The translations under genes and the position numbers were made by a program. The notes beneath the pieces are model-generated. The model ran no database searches. It worked only from the letters and a program-made list of their open reading frames with translations, and was not told the origin of the DNA. DNA of 64,000 nt from a virus (lineage: Duplodnaviria; Heunggongvirae; Uroviricota; Caudoviricetes): IMG/VR virus record IMGVR_UViG_3300028561_000525. The stretch is one strand, 5' to 3'. Positions 17,893 to 27,227 of the stretch are shown one piece after another. How positions within the stretch are numbered: position 1 is the stretch's first letter; the number at the start of each line of letters is the position of its first letter.

Positions 17893-18099
17893 ATGAAATA
17901 CTACGGAATAAAAACCCCCGAAAACTACATATGGTGGATTACGGATAGTGAACACAATTCGTGGTTCGCCTTTTTTACCTGGCAGAACAAGGACGGACAA
18001 TACAATCCCCACAGGGCCCCCCTCTATACAGCCATAGAAGCCTACAAGTCCATAGGGTACAGATGTGTGGAACTGGAAGTGAGGGAGAAAACAGAATGA
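17893..18099 (+). CDS. hypothetical protein (68 aa)
   Basis: RBS AAGGTG. Confidence 0.4.
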   Translation: MKYYGIKTPENYIWWITDSEHNSWFAFFTWQNKDGQYNPHRAPLYTAIEAYKSIGYRCVELEVREKTE

Positions 18100-18497
18100 A
18101 ACCCTTCATACTGTATGACGAGAACACGGATATTACGCATGTAACTATGGTCATTTCAGGCCCCTTCGACATAGACGATGACGAGGAAACGATAAGATTT
18201 TTCGATGAGAACATCAACGGCTCCGCAAGGATGATGGCCATTGAAACCGTGTACGGTGTCCACGACATAAGCTACGATGACGGTGATTTCTACGGGTATT
18301 CGTCCTACGAAGTGAAAGAATGGGGCAAACTGAAAAGAGAATGGAGAAAATGGTTCAAGGAGATGGGATTTGAAACAGGTAAATGGAGAAAATACAAAGA
18401 ATATGAAATGTGTTATGATGTGTGCCCTGTGTGGCGGAAACCACAAAGACATAGACTGCCCGATAATAGGAAAAATAGCAAAAAATCTGAAAGATGA
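18096..18497 (+). CDS. hypothetical acidic protein (133 aa)
   Basis: ATGA overlap. The alternative frame 18370-18576 was not chosen. Confidence 0.4.
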   Translation: MKPFILYDENTDITHVTMVISGPFDIDDDEETIRFFDENINGSARMMAIETVYGVHDISYDDGDFYGYSSYEVKEWGKLKREWRKWFKEMGFETGKWRKYKEYEMCYDVCPVWRKPQRHRLPDNRKNSKKSER

Positions 18498-18517
18498 CAT
18501 TGACAGGAAGATTATAG

Positions 18518-18817
18518 ATGAACTGGCACGAAGCGGTAAGGAAAAGTCCACACCACATTGCGATATTGAAATATGAAAAGGAATTTATAATAAGGACATT
18601 TCACCTTTACGGTAACGTCAATGTACTGGACGGCCACATAAGATATTCATCGAAACCCCATTGTACGGTGCAGATAAGGGCAGGTGAACACCTTCTTGAA
18701 GAAAGGGAAGCGGAACCCGAAGAGTGGCAAGGGTTCGACAGATGGGTGCCCTATATGGGAGAATTTCACACAAAAAACAACTTCTACCTACCGGAAGAAC
18801 TCTTTATAGTGGAGTGA
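18518..18817 (+). CDS. LFEI-tail family C member (ends ...LPEELFIVE)
   Basis: Paralog of 19105-19389: W(H/K)EA..KSPH.IAI..Y... Confidence 0.5.
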   Translation: MNWHEAVRKSPHHIAILKYEKEFIIRTFHLYGNVNVLDGHIRYSSKPHCTVQIRAGEHLLEEREAEPEEWQGFDRWVPYMGEFHTKNNFYLPEELFIVE

Positions 18818-18822
18818 GAGAA

Positions 18823-19074
18823 ATGCCAATAGAATTGAACGGTGAAAAATACAGGATATATTCAAACGGTGTGAAATACAGATTACAGAAGTACAGGAAA
18901 GACTGTCTCATAAGGGGATGGACTGACTTGGACTTACCCGACGATTTTCTCCCGATAAACGATTTCAATTCCTATCAGAAAGCGATGAACGCACTCTCCG
19001 AGTATCTCCATCAGGAATCGGGGAGACACGAATGGAAGGATGTAACCGCGCCCACCGAAACTGTAATAGAATAA
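18823..19074 (+). CDS. hypothetical protein (83 aa)
   Basis: RBS GGAGTGAGAG. Confidence 0.4.
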   Translation: MPIELNGEKYRIYSNGVKYRLQKYRKDCLIRGWTDLDLPDDFLPINDFNSYQKAMNALSEYLHQESGRHEWKDVTAPTETVIE

Positions 19075-19104
19075 CAGGGTGCCCCTACGACGGTACACAC
19101 ACAT

Positions 19105-19389
19105 ATGCTCTGGAAAGAAGCCACAGAAAAAAGCCCCCACAATATAGCCATAATGTCCTATTCCGTACAGGATATCAAAAAGACATTTTTCCTCTACTGG
19201 GCACCAAACTCCAATGAGAAACCCCTCTGTATGGTCAGGATAAGGATAAACGGTAAGATACTGGGAGAACCACGGGAAGCCCGAGAAGAAGAGTGGGAAG
19301 GGTACTGCAACTGGAAACCCTATTACCCATTCGAATCGGGATATGTTTTATCGACAAGTCTACCGGACGAACTGTTTACAATAGAATAA
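19105..19389 (+). CDS. LFEI-tail family C member (ends ...LPDELFTIE)
   Basis: Paralog of 18518. Confidence 0.5.
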   Translation: MLWKEATEKSPHNIAIMSYSVQDIKKTFFLYWAPNSNEKPLCMVRIRINGKILGEPREAREEEWEGYCNWKPYYPFESGYVLSTSLPDELFTIE

Positions 19390-19437
19390 TACACATTTTC
19401 CATAAATACAATAAAACACACAAACAGGGGGAAAACA

Positions 19438-19752
19438 ATGAAAATAAAGAGATACCTTACAGAAAGCAAGAATATCTGCAAATCGGGAACCATACTGATG
19501 ATAGATGTGGGGGAATACTCCGACTATTCCGTAATGGGTCTTTTCAAGGTTATAAAGTCCTTTGACCCCCTTGAAGAAAAAGAGAAATTTCTGGAAGAAA
19601 ACCCCGACAACAAGGGAAGATATAATTTCAACGATGACAAGTATATAGGATATCTCGTAAGAAAACAGTATATAAAGGACATAGCCTACAGTAGCCTGTA
19701 TATGGGAAGTGGAGCAACGGGTAACATCCAGTTCTACCCATTTGAGAAATAA
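19438..19752 (+). CDS. hypothetical protein (104 aa)
   Basis: RBS AGGGGGAAAACAATG. Confidence 0.5.
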   Translation: MKIKRYLTESKNICKSGTILMIDVGEYSDYSVMGLFKVIKSFDPLEEKEKFLEENPDNKGRYNFNDDKYIGYLVRKQYIKDIAYSSLYMGSGATGNIQFYPFEK

Positions 19753-19924
19753 AGCCAGGCACCAAGGGCCGGGGTATAATATAATCCCCGGCCACACACA
19801 CGGCGCCCCACGACAATTTTTCCATCCTTCAAGTAACACACAAGAATATTTCACAAGTAGAAAACCACTCTGGCACAATACTATTCCGGTAGAATACCCT
19901 CAAGAGACTTTTCGAACAGAATGT

Positions 19925-20136
19925 TATTGTGTCTCATATAATAATCATTTCTCTTTTTGTGTCTCATATATCGGAAAAAGTGAGACACAAGACCGTCAAA
20001 TATTTGACACTATGACAATATTTTGACACTTTGGGTTTCCGGTGGTTTTTGACCCGAAAAAAAGTGAAAATATTTTACAAGTACCTGAAATCATTGACAT
20101 ATATTTTTATGTGACACCAAAATAATTCTTGACATT
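19925..20136 (+). promoter_or_regulatory. operator and promoter hub: 14-nt direct repeat TTGTGTCTCATATA x2, inverted GTGTCTCA/TGAGACAC, and at least 6 TTGACA(C/T) boxes
   Basis: Repeats at 19927-19940 and 19957-19970. Inverted partner at 19980-19988. TTGACAC at 20004, 20024. TTGACAT at 20094, 20129. Confidence 0.5.
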
Positions 20137-20157
20137 ATAGTCGTAATATGGTAGAAT
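20129..20157 (+). promoter_or_regulatory. consensus sigma70 promoter TTGACA-17-TAGAAT with TGG extension
   Basis: TTGACA 20129-34, TAGAAT 20152-57. Confidence 0.6.
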
Positions 20158-20186
20158 TATTACAGAAAATCAAGAAAGGACATACG

Positions 20187-20543
20187 ATGATAAGAGGTAT
20201 CAAGCCTACCCCCACTACCACGAAGTTCGGTAAAGAACTTGTCTACAATTTCAACACCAATTCAAAACTGGAAATCCAGACTACCGTGAAACGCCCCTTT
20301 GGTGGTGTCCGCAAGAACTGGATGACCGTTTCTCCCAACGTGTTTCGTTCCTACCACGGCAAACGTAAGGTAGACGGTATCACCTTCAAGGGTCTTGTCT
20401 ATTACTGGTTGTCCAACCAGCTGTACCGTTCGCCCTCTACGAAGTCGGTTGTCAACGGTTTCAGGATCACCATTATCCGTAAGCCCCACAACAACAAGCC
20501 TGTTCACCTGACTGTGAAACCCGCCAATTGGAGAATTGGATAA
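20187..20543 (+). CDS. hypothetical basic protein (118 aa), first gene after the strong promoter
   Basis: Internal ATG with AAGGA RBS. The track ORF start at 20148 overlaps the -10. Confidence 0.5.
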   Translation: MIRGIKPTPTTTKFGKELVYNFNTNSKLEIQTTVKRPFGGVRKNWMTVSPNVFRSYHGKRKVDGITFKGLVYYWLSNQLYRSPSTKSVVNGFRITIIRKPHNNKPVHLTVKPANWRIG

Positions 20544-20724
20544 TATGACAAAGAGAAATCTTCTCAAGAGGGAAGTCGAGGCGTTCAAGAACGAACTGGA
20601 AAAAATCACCGAAGCCTACCACGATGACGAATGGCGGAAGGTCGGTTATACTGGTGAGGATGCCTTTTACGCCGCGACATACCGTGCCGAGTTGTTTTTT
20701 GCCCGTATCAAGGAGCTCATATAA
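20536..20724 (+). CDS. hypothetical protein (62 aa)
   Basis: RBS GGAGAATTGGATAATATG. Confidence 0.4.
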   Translation: MDNMTKRNLLKREVEAFKNELEKITEAYHDDEWRKVGYTGEDAFYAATYRAELFFARIKELI

Positions 20725-20993
20725 TGTATCAACTTTTGGAAAGAATCGAAAGAACAAGAAACATCATCTACAACAACGGTGACCTTCCCTGTATGGCCAT
20801 TGTTCATTGTCTTGAGGACTACAGCCAGAAATTGAACGATGCCGGTTATTTGAGAGAAGCCAAGGCCTGTAAGTCTGTGGCTTCTTTACTTTATAACTTT
20901 CCGGTTTACAAGTTTGACCAGATTTACCCTGAAAGTATAAGGTACGGGGCGGTTATCATTCTTGACCGTATACTGGACGATTTGAGGAGCTAA
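20724..20993 (+). CDS. hypothetical protein (89 aa)
   Basis: ATGA-type overlap. Confidence 0.45.
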   Translation: MYQLLERIERTRNIIYNNGDLPCMAIVHCLEDYSQKLNDAGYLREAKACKSVASLLYNFPVYKFDQIYPESIRYGAVIILDRILDDLRS

Positions 20994-21082
20994 TGATACA
21001 ACTGATAATCACTTTCGTTGTCGCCATCGTTATTGAATATTCAATCTTTTATATGGTAATCATCGGTACAAGGAGATAAACA

Positions 21083-21289
21083 ATGCCCAGAGGAAGAAAA
21101 AGTACAGAGGCTTCAAGAGCCCGGTTAGCCCAGAGAATACAGACTGATACCGATATCATCGAGGCCATCAAGAAAGGTCTTGAGTGGGGGTCGAGATGGG
21201 AAAAGCCTTATGACAGAGCCGTTTCCATATGGTCATCCCTCAATTCGGAAGGATTTCAAATCAATCGTAAAAGAAAGGTGAAAATATAA
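21083..21289 (+). CDS. hypothetical basic protein (68 aa)
   Basis: RBS AGGAGATAAACAATG. Confidence 0.4.
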   Translation: MPRGRKSTEASRARLAQRIQTDTDIIEAIKKGLEWGSRWEKPYDRAVSIWSSLNSEGFQINRKRKVKI

Positions 21290-21507
21290 TGGCACGAAAA
21301 GTCAACCCCGATAGTAAACGGTCATTGAGACTTCACAAACAGGTCAGCCACTACTGTAATCAGATCGACATCGTGGCGAAAGCCTTGGCAGACAGACCTC
21401 ACAAGTCGAACACCATCAAGGCCATCAACGCCATCGGCGACTTGAAGGTGAATGGTTATATGATTATCCCCAACCCCAAAGCCAAAAGAAAGGCGGTCAT
21501 TAAATAA
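21289..21507 (+). CDS. hypothetical protein (72 aa)
   Basis: ATGG overlap. Confidence 0.4.
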   Translation: MARKVNPDSKRSLRLHKQVSHYCNQIDIVAKALADRPHKSNTIKAINAIGDLKVNGYMIIPNPKAKRKAVIK

Positions 21508-21636
21508 TGACATTCTACGTTGTGACAGAGATTTTCGGAAAACGGTTTATGTACGGCCCCTACACCAAGGAAATGGCCTTCTTCTACGCCAACCTTATGG
21601 GTGGCTTTGTCTACCAGACTGTGAGGACGAAGTAAT

Positions 21637-21954
21637 ATGTTGAAACTCAAGAAAGACCTGAAATTGAAAAACGGTAGGATCTACTATGTAGGTACTCCGA
21701 TTGAAAAAATCGAGTTCCGCCCTGAGGACTGTAGAAGGGTCACCTATGTGACCATTATGGGTGAGACTTGGAGAATATCAACCGCCCATATGTTTGTCTA
21801 TGTACCGGGCTTTACCAAGCCGCCGAAGCTCAATACTATCGGTAGGTGGGAGTATGACGGTATCGCCAGGACGGTCACCGGAAAGAAAACCGAGCCGGAT
21901 GGACACGGCCCGGATGGTTCACCTTCGTGGTTACTGGTATTGGGTATCATATAA
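21637..21954 (+). CDS. hypothetical protein (105 aa)
   Basis: ORF in the operon. Confidence 0.45.
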   Translation: MLKLKKDLKLKNGRIYYVGTPIEKIEFRPEDCRRVTYVTIMGETWRISTAHMFVYVPGFTKPPKLNTIGRWEYDGIARTVTGKKTEPDGHGPDGSPSWLLVLGII

Positions 21955-21965
21955 GGAGAGAAAAT

Positions 21966-22109
21966 ATGAATACAGTCTGTGACAACTGCAAATACCAAAA
22001 AACAGACGGAAGATGTAAAAAGCCGAAAAGAGCGTGGGATTTGTGTGGAAAAGGAAAATCGTGTTTTGTGACAGATAAACAGAAAGACAAATTGGTCAAG
22101 GAGTAAAAA
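21966..22109 (+). CDS. small zinc-ribbon protein (47 aa)
   Basis: RBS AAGGAGAGAAAATATG. CDNCKY...CKKPK...CGKGKSC. Confidence 0.3.
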
Positions 22110-22331
22110 ATGACACGAAAACAGTTCGAATCCCTGAAAACCGTTGTCAAACGGTCAATTGAGATATCAGAGAAAAATATGAAGGGAACTACCGCCTCCG
22201 TAGTGACCCCTCTTTGTGCAGTGGATGACCCCGAAATGAAGAGGATGTTGTGGTTCCAGTATTTTTGGGGTGAGAGGGATGCGATGCAGAGGATTTTATC
22301 CGTTATAGAGGATATCGAAAATGAACAATAA
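22110..22331 (+). CDS. hypothetical protein (73 aa)
   Basis: ORF in the operon. Confidence 0.4.
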   Translation: MTRKQFESLKTVVKRSIEISEKNMKGTTASVVTPLCAVDDPEMKRMLWFQYFWGERDAMQRILSVIEDIENEQ

Positions 22332-22423
22332 GATGGACGATATTTTCGTTGGTTCAGAAAAGGATAAAGCAGACCTTTTGAAACGACTTCAAGAGGAAAT
22401 AAGGAAAATTGAGGAAAAGGAAA

Positions 22424-22642
22424 ATGAATAAACTTTCTTATTTTTTGAGGATTGACAATCTGGCGAACTATATCGCCAAAAACCTTTCTTTACCGTACCT
22501 TGATGAGGACAAACAACCTATATTGGTTGTCAATTCGTCCGAAGTCGAAAGGGCCGCCTCAGAGTGGGGGTTCCACGATGACGATATGCTTGACATCTTT
22601 CAGGCTGTAGAGGAAAAGGTTCTCATCAACTACAAGGAGTAA
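22424..22642 (+). CDS. hypothetical protein (72 aa)
   Basis: RBS GAGGAAAAGGAAA. Confidence 0.4.
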   Translation: MNKLSYFLRIDNLANYIAKNLSLPYLDEDKQPILVVNSSEVERAASEWGFHDDDMLDIFQAVEEKVLINYKE

Positions 22643-22645
22643 AAA

Positions 22646-22867
22646 ATGTCGAATAAATCACCTGAAATGGAGAGTTTTCTCAACTCTTTATCAAAACACC
22701 TATACGGTAGGGGCCGTACTGGTCACGGTTGTGTGAATTGCGGTTCCTACAAGGTCAATGTAGAGGACTTCCGTGACGCCCTCTCCTATACGGAGTTCGG
22801 TATTTCCCATCTCTGCCAGGAGTGCCAGGACAAAACCTTTAAAACCCTCAAAACGAGAAAGAGGTAA
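22646..22867 (+). CDS. zinc-finger protein (73 aa)
   Basis: GCVNCGSY...HLCQECQD. Confidence 0.45.
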   Translation: MSNKSPEMESFLNSLSKHLYGRGRTGHGCVNCGSYKVNVEDFRDALSYTEFGISHLCQECQDKTFKTLKTRKR

Positions 22868-22868
22868 T

Positions 22869-23099
22869 ATGCCAAGGATAAGAAAGATAACATCAAAAAA
22901 TGTTGTTTTCGCCCAGAACTTTGGTACGCCCAAGGCCACGAAAAATTATTTCAGAAAACACTATTCCAAGGGTGCCACTATAGTGGGGCCGGGAACGTGG
23001 AAACTGAAAAACGGTCACTATGTCCATCTGTGGCTTTTCGGTCTTGAGGAAGTCAAATCGGTAAAGAACGACGTTTGGTACATTTTGAGGAAAAAATAA
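22869..23099 (+). CDS. hypothetical basic protein (76 aa)
   Basis: RBS GAGGTAATATG. Confidence 0.4.
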   Translation: MPRIRKITSKNVVFAQNFGTPKATKNYFRKHYSKGATIVGPGTWKLKNGHYVHLWLFGLEEVKSVKNDVWYILRKK

Positions 23100-23422
23100 T
23101 GGACGATTATATTCATCTTTATATGGTGTACTACAAGAAGGACACCGATTTTTCCCCTGACCACGACCTGACTTTCGAGAAGGTCACAAAAGGGGGAAAA
23201 TATGTGTTTGTAATGACCCAATTGGCGAAGAGCCTTGAAGAGGTCTTTACTCAAATGCAAGGTGAGAGGTGGAGCCCCAATGGCGAGGCCAGAGACTATA
23301 TCCAATCCCTTGACCTTGACCATACATCAATGTCTACAGGGGATGTAATACTGGACGTTTACACAAACAGGATGTACCAATGTGACAATATCGGATGGAA
23401 AGAAGTATATAGAACCCAATAA
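23099..23422 (+). CDS. hypothetical protein (107 aa)
   Basis: ATGG overlap. Confidence 0.45.
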   Translation: MDDYIHLYMVYYKKDTDFSPDHDLTFEKVTKGGKYVFVMTQLAKSLEEVFTQMQGERWSPNGEARDYIQSLDLDHTSMSTGDVILDVYTNRMYQCDNIGWKEVYRTQ

Positions 23423-23451
23423 TAACAACACTTTACAAGGAGATTTAAAAA

Positions 23452-23682
23452 ATGTCAAAAAAGACCAAAATGACGGGTAAGGAAATCCAGAAGCAGGTGG
23501 CGAAGGCCAAGAAAACCCCCCCTAGCACTAGCGCTACAGGGTTATTCAAGTTCTACAAGGACACCAAGAGGTTCCACGCCTACAATGTGAGTGGTAGTCA
23601 CGGTATTACGGGTGTCATCTATACCCCAAGGGGTGAGGATGTTCCTGATACCATTACTCTCAAGTTCGAAAAGAAGAGCTAA
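23452..23682 (+). CDS. small lysine-rich protein (76 aa), probably abundant
   Basis: Strong RBS AAGGAGATTTAAAAAATG. Followed by a long perfect inverted repeat. Confidence 0.5.
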   Translation: MSKKTKMTGKEIQKQVAKAKKTPPSTSATGLFKFYKDTKRFHAYNVSGSHGITGVIYTPRGEDVPDTITLKFEKKS

Positions 23683-23696
23683 GAGAGGACTTAGCA

Positions 23697-23739
23697 CCCC
23701 ATAGGTGGGGGATATACTACACAGTACCCCCCACCTATG
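23697..23739 (+). other. 12/13-bp perfect inverted repeat CATAGGTGGGGG...CCCCCACCTATG with a 15-nt loop
   Basis: Read in the sequence. No U-tract follows it, so it may be a terminator, a processing site or a binding site. Confidence 0.4.
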
Positions 23740-23772
23740 TCAAATCCTTGACACACAAGGGTTTCAGAGGTA

Positions 23773-23801
23773 TTGACACAAACACAAAAATGTGATAAAA
23801 T
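23773..23801 (+). promoter_or_regulatory. sigma70 promoter TTGACA-17-TAAAAT (TGa extension)
   Basis: TTGACA 23773-78, TAAAAT 23796-801. A second TTGACAC box lies about 25 nt upstream. Confidence 0.55.
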
Positions 23802-24039
23802 ATACAAAATGATGGAAAAATGGTACATTTTGTCAATTTTTTGTCATTTTTGTGTTATTTTCACACACATACACAAATTGTCGAAAAAATAATTACCCCT
23901 TACTCCAAAAAAGGGGTAAAATGAGGATCTGTGTTTAGAAATGCACAAGCTTTTTGACAAGGGTAGTTTACGCAATAAAAAATTTTGGCGCTGGGCCAAA
24001 AATAAAGGGTAGATAATGCCTTTTGGAAAGGAAAACAGA

Positions 24040-24228
24040 ATGAAAAAAGTAAAGATTACATTGGCGGACTTGAGGGAGTTGCGTCTGCCACAGACGCGAT
24101 TCGAAGTGAAAGAGCTTGTCAACACCGTGGAGTTTGAGATTGGTCAGGGATTGACCCTTGATGAGGTCAACGACCTTCTGCAGAACAGGCGGGATGTTGA
24201 AGTCAGGATTGTAAAGTACAGGAGATAA
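24040..24228 (+). CDS. hypothetical protein (62 aa)
   Basis: RBS GGAAAGGAAAACAGAATG. Confidence 0.4.
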   Translation: MKKVKITLADLRELRLPQTRFEVKELVNTVEFEIGQGLTLDEVNDLLQNRRDVEVRIVKYRR

Positions 24229-24230
24229 CC

Positions 24231-24422
24231 GTGAAAAACTACTTAGCAGAACCGTCTTTCTGTCCGTTCTGCGGTAACTGGTATGTCGAACAGACCGTAC
24301 CATCTTATCCTTATAATGATATCGCTGAAACGGAAATCAGGCGTATCTGCAGATGTGACAAGTGTGGAAGGAAATGGTTCGATATCTATAAACTTGACCG
24401 TGTACTGGAAGAAGTGGAGTAG
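24231..24422 (+). CDS. zinc-ribbon protein (63 aa)
   Basis: GTG start after AGGAG. CPFCGNW...CRCDKCGRKW. Confidence 0.4.
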   Translation: MKNYLAEPSFCPFCGNWYVEQTVPSYPYNDIAETEIRRICRCDKCGRKWFDIYKLDRVLEEVE

Positions 24423-24426
24423 AAAT

Positions 24427-24654
24427 ATGTTGACAGAAGCGAATGTGACCTACACTTTCAATGAGGAAGTGGCCGAGCAGTATAATATGTATGGACTGTT
24501 CTATACCCGCCACTTTGAGGGCCGTTCCCACAGGGTAACGGAAGAAATGCCTATCTATATTCTGGCTGACAGTATTTCCAGAGCGAAGTCTGGTCTGCTG
24601 GAGCTCTGCAACCTTTGGAACAAGCGCTCGAGAGAGTGGAAGTTTACGGTGTAG
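24427..24654 (+). CDS. hypothetical protein (75 aa)
   Basis: Internal ATG of track ORF 24283-24654. Confidence 0.4.
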   Translation: MLTEANVTYTFNEEVAEQYNMYGLFYTRHFEGRSHRVTEEMPIYILADSISRAKSGLLELCNLWNKRSREWKFTV

Positions 24655-25307
24655 GGGAGATAATACTATGTGGAAAGACTTCAAGAACGGATTTACAAAT
24701 GTTGTCAATTTTGAGTTTATCGGTTTCCTCGCGGGTCTGTCTGTTCTGGCGATAGGTTTTATGCTGGGTATCTACATTATATGGCTTATCCTGAATATAC
24801 AGAGTGTGTCGTAAAACGAAGGGCACAATAGTAGAATAATGATATGGGTGGCGGTGGGTCTGAAAGGAAGATATATGAACTATTATGATTTGTTGGAACA
24901 CTTCGGTCACAAGATTGAGGTGGTTGTATACGGTGACCCGACTAAGCCGGTAAATGTGTCGGTCGAGTGTGAAACCTGCGGTCAGGTGTTGTTCGACTTT
25001 GACAGGCCGGATGAAGATGAGGGGAAGTAGATGAGTGAAAAACTTGAATGGAAGCTGGACAAGCTCCGCCTTTACGCAATCTCTGCAAGGATGATCCTTG
25101 AGGATGAGAAGTATAATTTCACCAATAAACAGAAAATTGAGCTTGCCCTTGTCTGGTTGAATCGAATTGAAGAGGAAAAGTAAAATGAAAACACTTACTG
25201 GTCTTTTGGTTACCTTCATCGGTGGTGTGACAATCGGTGCTCACCCGGCAATCGGGTTGGCATTAGCCCTGATTGGTCTTTACATCATTTTACACAGAGG
25301 ATAAAAT

Positions 25308-25598
25308 ATGGAACACGAAAGAATGAGATTTGAGACATTGACAATCCCTCAATTGAGAACACGGTTGAACAGGATTACAGACCGCGAGAAATTGAGAAGG
25401 TTCATTCGTATGGCAGAGGAATTTGCGACGGGGATGGAAAATATGGGAAGGACACACAGGGCGCAGGAATACAGGGATTTGGGTATCGAAGCGTACCAGA
25501 AACTTTATGGGGCAGATCCCCCACCAGCACGGCTGGCTCGGGAGACAAAATTGGACACATTTGATGACGATTATCTGAAAAGGATAGGTGCAAAATGA
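25308..25598 (+). CDS. hypothetical protein (96 aa)
   Basis: RBS AGAGGATAAAATATG. Confidence 0.45.
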   Translation: MEHERMRFETLTIPQLRTRLNRITDREKLRRFIRMAEEFATGMENMGRTHRAQEYRDLGIEAYQKLYGADPPPARLARETKLDTFDDDYLKRIGAK

Positions 25599-25807
25599 GA
25601 AAATCAAACACATACGAGACAACGGTGACTTGCCCTTATTGTGGAGCGGTCAAGACAATGGTATTCCCTTTTCCTTCAAGGAAAGACCTCTTGAGGGGTA
25701 AGTGGACGGCCTGGGCGAGAACTTCCGATGAGCTTCACAAACACTTCAAGGAATGTGAAATGTACAAGAGACATTTCGGGATAGGTGAATATGCGGACAA
25801 AAAATAA
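25595..25807 (+). CDS. zinc-ribbon protein (70 aa)
   Basis: CPYCGAV...KECEMYKRHF. ATGA overlap. Confidence 0.45.
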   Translation: MRKSNTYETTVTCPYCGAVKTMVFPFPSRKDLLRGKWTAWARTSDELHKHFKECEMYKRHFGIGEYADKK

Positions 25808-26015
25808 AATCTGTACAGATGAAAGATTATTCTTGGGTAAAGTTCGGAATGATATGATTGTCGCAACGGATGACCTTATTTTCTCTCCCGTTACAAGACG
25901 GGGAACAGTCAAATGCCCGAAGTGCCATAGGTGGCTGCCCGTAATTGTCAGGGAATTTGAGGAAGATATTTACGAACTTTATCTACCGCCACACAGAGAA
26001 GAGAAATTGATATAA
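25785..26015 (+). CDS. zinc-ribbon protein (76 aa)
   Basis: CTDERL...CPKCHRW. Confidence 0.4.
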   Translation: MNMRTKNKICTDERLFLGKVRNDMIVATDDLIFSPVTRRGTVKCPKCHRWLPVIVREFEEDIYELYLPPHREEKLI

Positions 26016-26111
26016 AAGGAGAAAAATTATGTTGTTATTTGAAGTCATTGGTATTTCCGTTATTGTTGTGTTGTGCTACCTTGGAATTATCTATATCTTG
26101 GAGCATTTGAG

Positions 26112-26324
26112 ATGAAAAAAGTCTACATCATTGTCAGGAAATTGATCCATCCGGAAACGGGAGATATTATCACCTTCAAACTGGAAAGCCCCGTATATCT
26201 CAATGAAACCACGGCGACGGAAGAAGCCGGGAAATTGAGGGATCATATAATGAGGGTGACAACTGTCAGACCATTGATATACAATGTTTCCTTTGAAATA
26301 TTGGAACTTGATTTACAGGAGTGA
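26112..26324 (+). CDS. hypothetical protein (70 aa)
   Basis: ATGA overlap. Confidence 0.4.
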   Translation: MKKVYIIVRKLIHPETGDIITFKLESPVYLNETTATEEAGKLRDHIMRVTTVRPLIYNVSFEILELDLQE

Positions 26325-26328
26325 TAAA

Positions 26329-26652
26329 ATGATACAACTGAAAATTACCCTTACGGGCAAATCCTTCAAGAAGAACGATAAGTACGAGACTTTCGCGACG
26401 GAGACAATTAATTTCCTTTCTTTGAGGGATGCAAAAGATTTCCTCAAGGCGAAGTATGGTAATGTCAAGAGAGTTCCGATGTACAGGGATATTACTGGCG
26501 CAAAACCCACGAAAGAAAAACCGAATTGGTGCTCGAAGGTAGGATATATCTACTGTTTCCGAAATGCTGATTACTCCCATTCCCCTATCGAAGTCTGGTT
26601 ACAGCAGGATTGGGTTGAGTTCTACGAATTACAGCCGATGGAGTTGAGATAA
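26329..26652 (+). CDS. hypothetical protein (107 aa)
   Basis: RBS CAGGAGTGATAAAATG. Confidence 0.45.
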   Translation: MIQLKITLTGKSFKKNDKYETFATETINFLSLRDAKDFLKAKYGNVKRVPMYRDITGAKPTKEKPNWCSKVGYIYCFRNADYSHSPIEVWLQQDWVEFYELQPMELR

Positions 26653-26779
26653 TGGACGATGAAACGAAGGAAAGATTGGAAGTTCTCTGTAAGTCTCTCG
26701 CGAGACAGAAAACCGAGGAACTTCTCGACAAGAAGATAAGAGACTTGATAAAATCTGAAATAAAGAGAGGTCAAATAAA

Positions 26780-27010
26780 ATGATAAAGAAAATCTGGTGT
26801 ATTCTCTTTCACGGGAAGAATAAGAAATGGATGCAGGGAGTTCTCACATTCAACGGTGACGAGGATGTGGGTTACCCTGTAATTGATATCATAGTGGAAA
26901 TCTGTGAGATATGTGGAACGGTGTCTTGGCGTTCAGAGAAGGTCGCCGACATAATCAGAGACAAAGATGTGTGGAGAGTGCCCGATGAAGCCTTCAAAGA
27001 AAGAGATTAA
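26780..27010 (+). CDS. hypothetical protein (76 aa)
   Basis: ORF in the operon. Confidence 0.4.
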   Translation: MIKKIWCILFHGKNKKWMQGVLTFNGDEDVGYPVIDIIVEICEICGTVSWRSEKVADIIRDKDVWRVPDEAFKERD

Positions 27011-27014
27011 AAAG

Positions 27015-27227
27015 ATGAAAGAGGATAGGGTGAGGGAAATCGAGAGGATGAGGCATTTCCGCAAGAAGAACTTCAAGGTCTGGACAAAACAGGAGCCATA
27101 TTTCCGCTATAAGGACGAGTACGGCCTTTACATTACTCATAACGGATATCAGACAACCCGCATTTCTGTCTTACCGGAAGAGGTTGACCGGATCGTCCGT
27201 GCCCTGAAAGAAATCAAAAAGAAATAG
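27015..27227 (+). CDS. hypothetical basic protein (70 aa)
   Basis: First ATG after the upstream stop. Confidence 0.4.
   Translation: MKEDRVREIERMRHFRKKNFKVWTKQEPYFRYKDEYGLYITHNGYQTTRISVLPEEVDRIVRALKEIKKK

Noticed and set aside
18370-18576. Alternative-frame ORF with CxxC...C motifs overlapping 18096-18497 and 18518-18817
   Set aside because: Choosing it would break the regular head-to-tail coupling of the flanking genes. It is kept as a possibility only if 18096-18497 is truncated by a frameshift.
20148-20186. Track start ATG 20148 for the first gene after the strong promoter
   Set aside because: That ATG lies inside the -10 hexamer (TAGAAT 20152-20157). A transcript starting about 20164 cannot include it, so the start was moved to ATG 20187.
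23893-23922. Hairpin TACCCCTT-ACTCCAAAA-AAGGGGTA as a terminator
   Set aside because: No U-run on the plus strand. The minus-strand version has a weak T-run but no upstream minus-strand gene. It is probably an incidental or regulatory stem.
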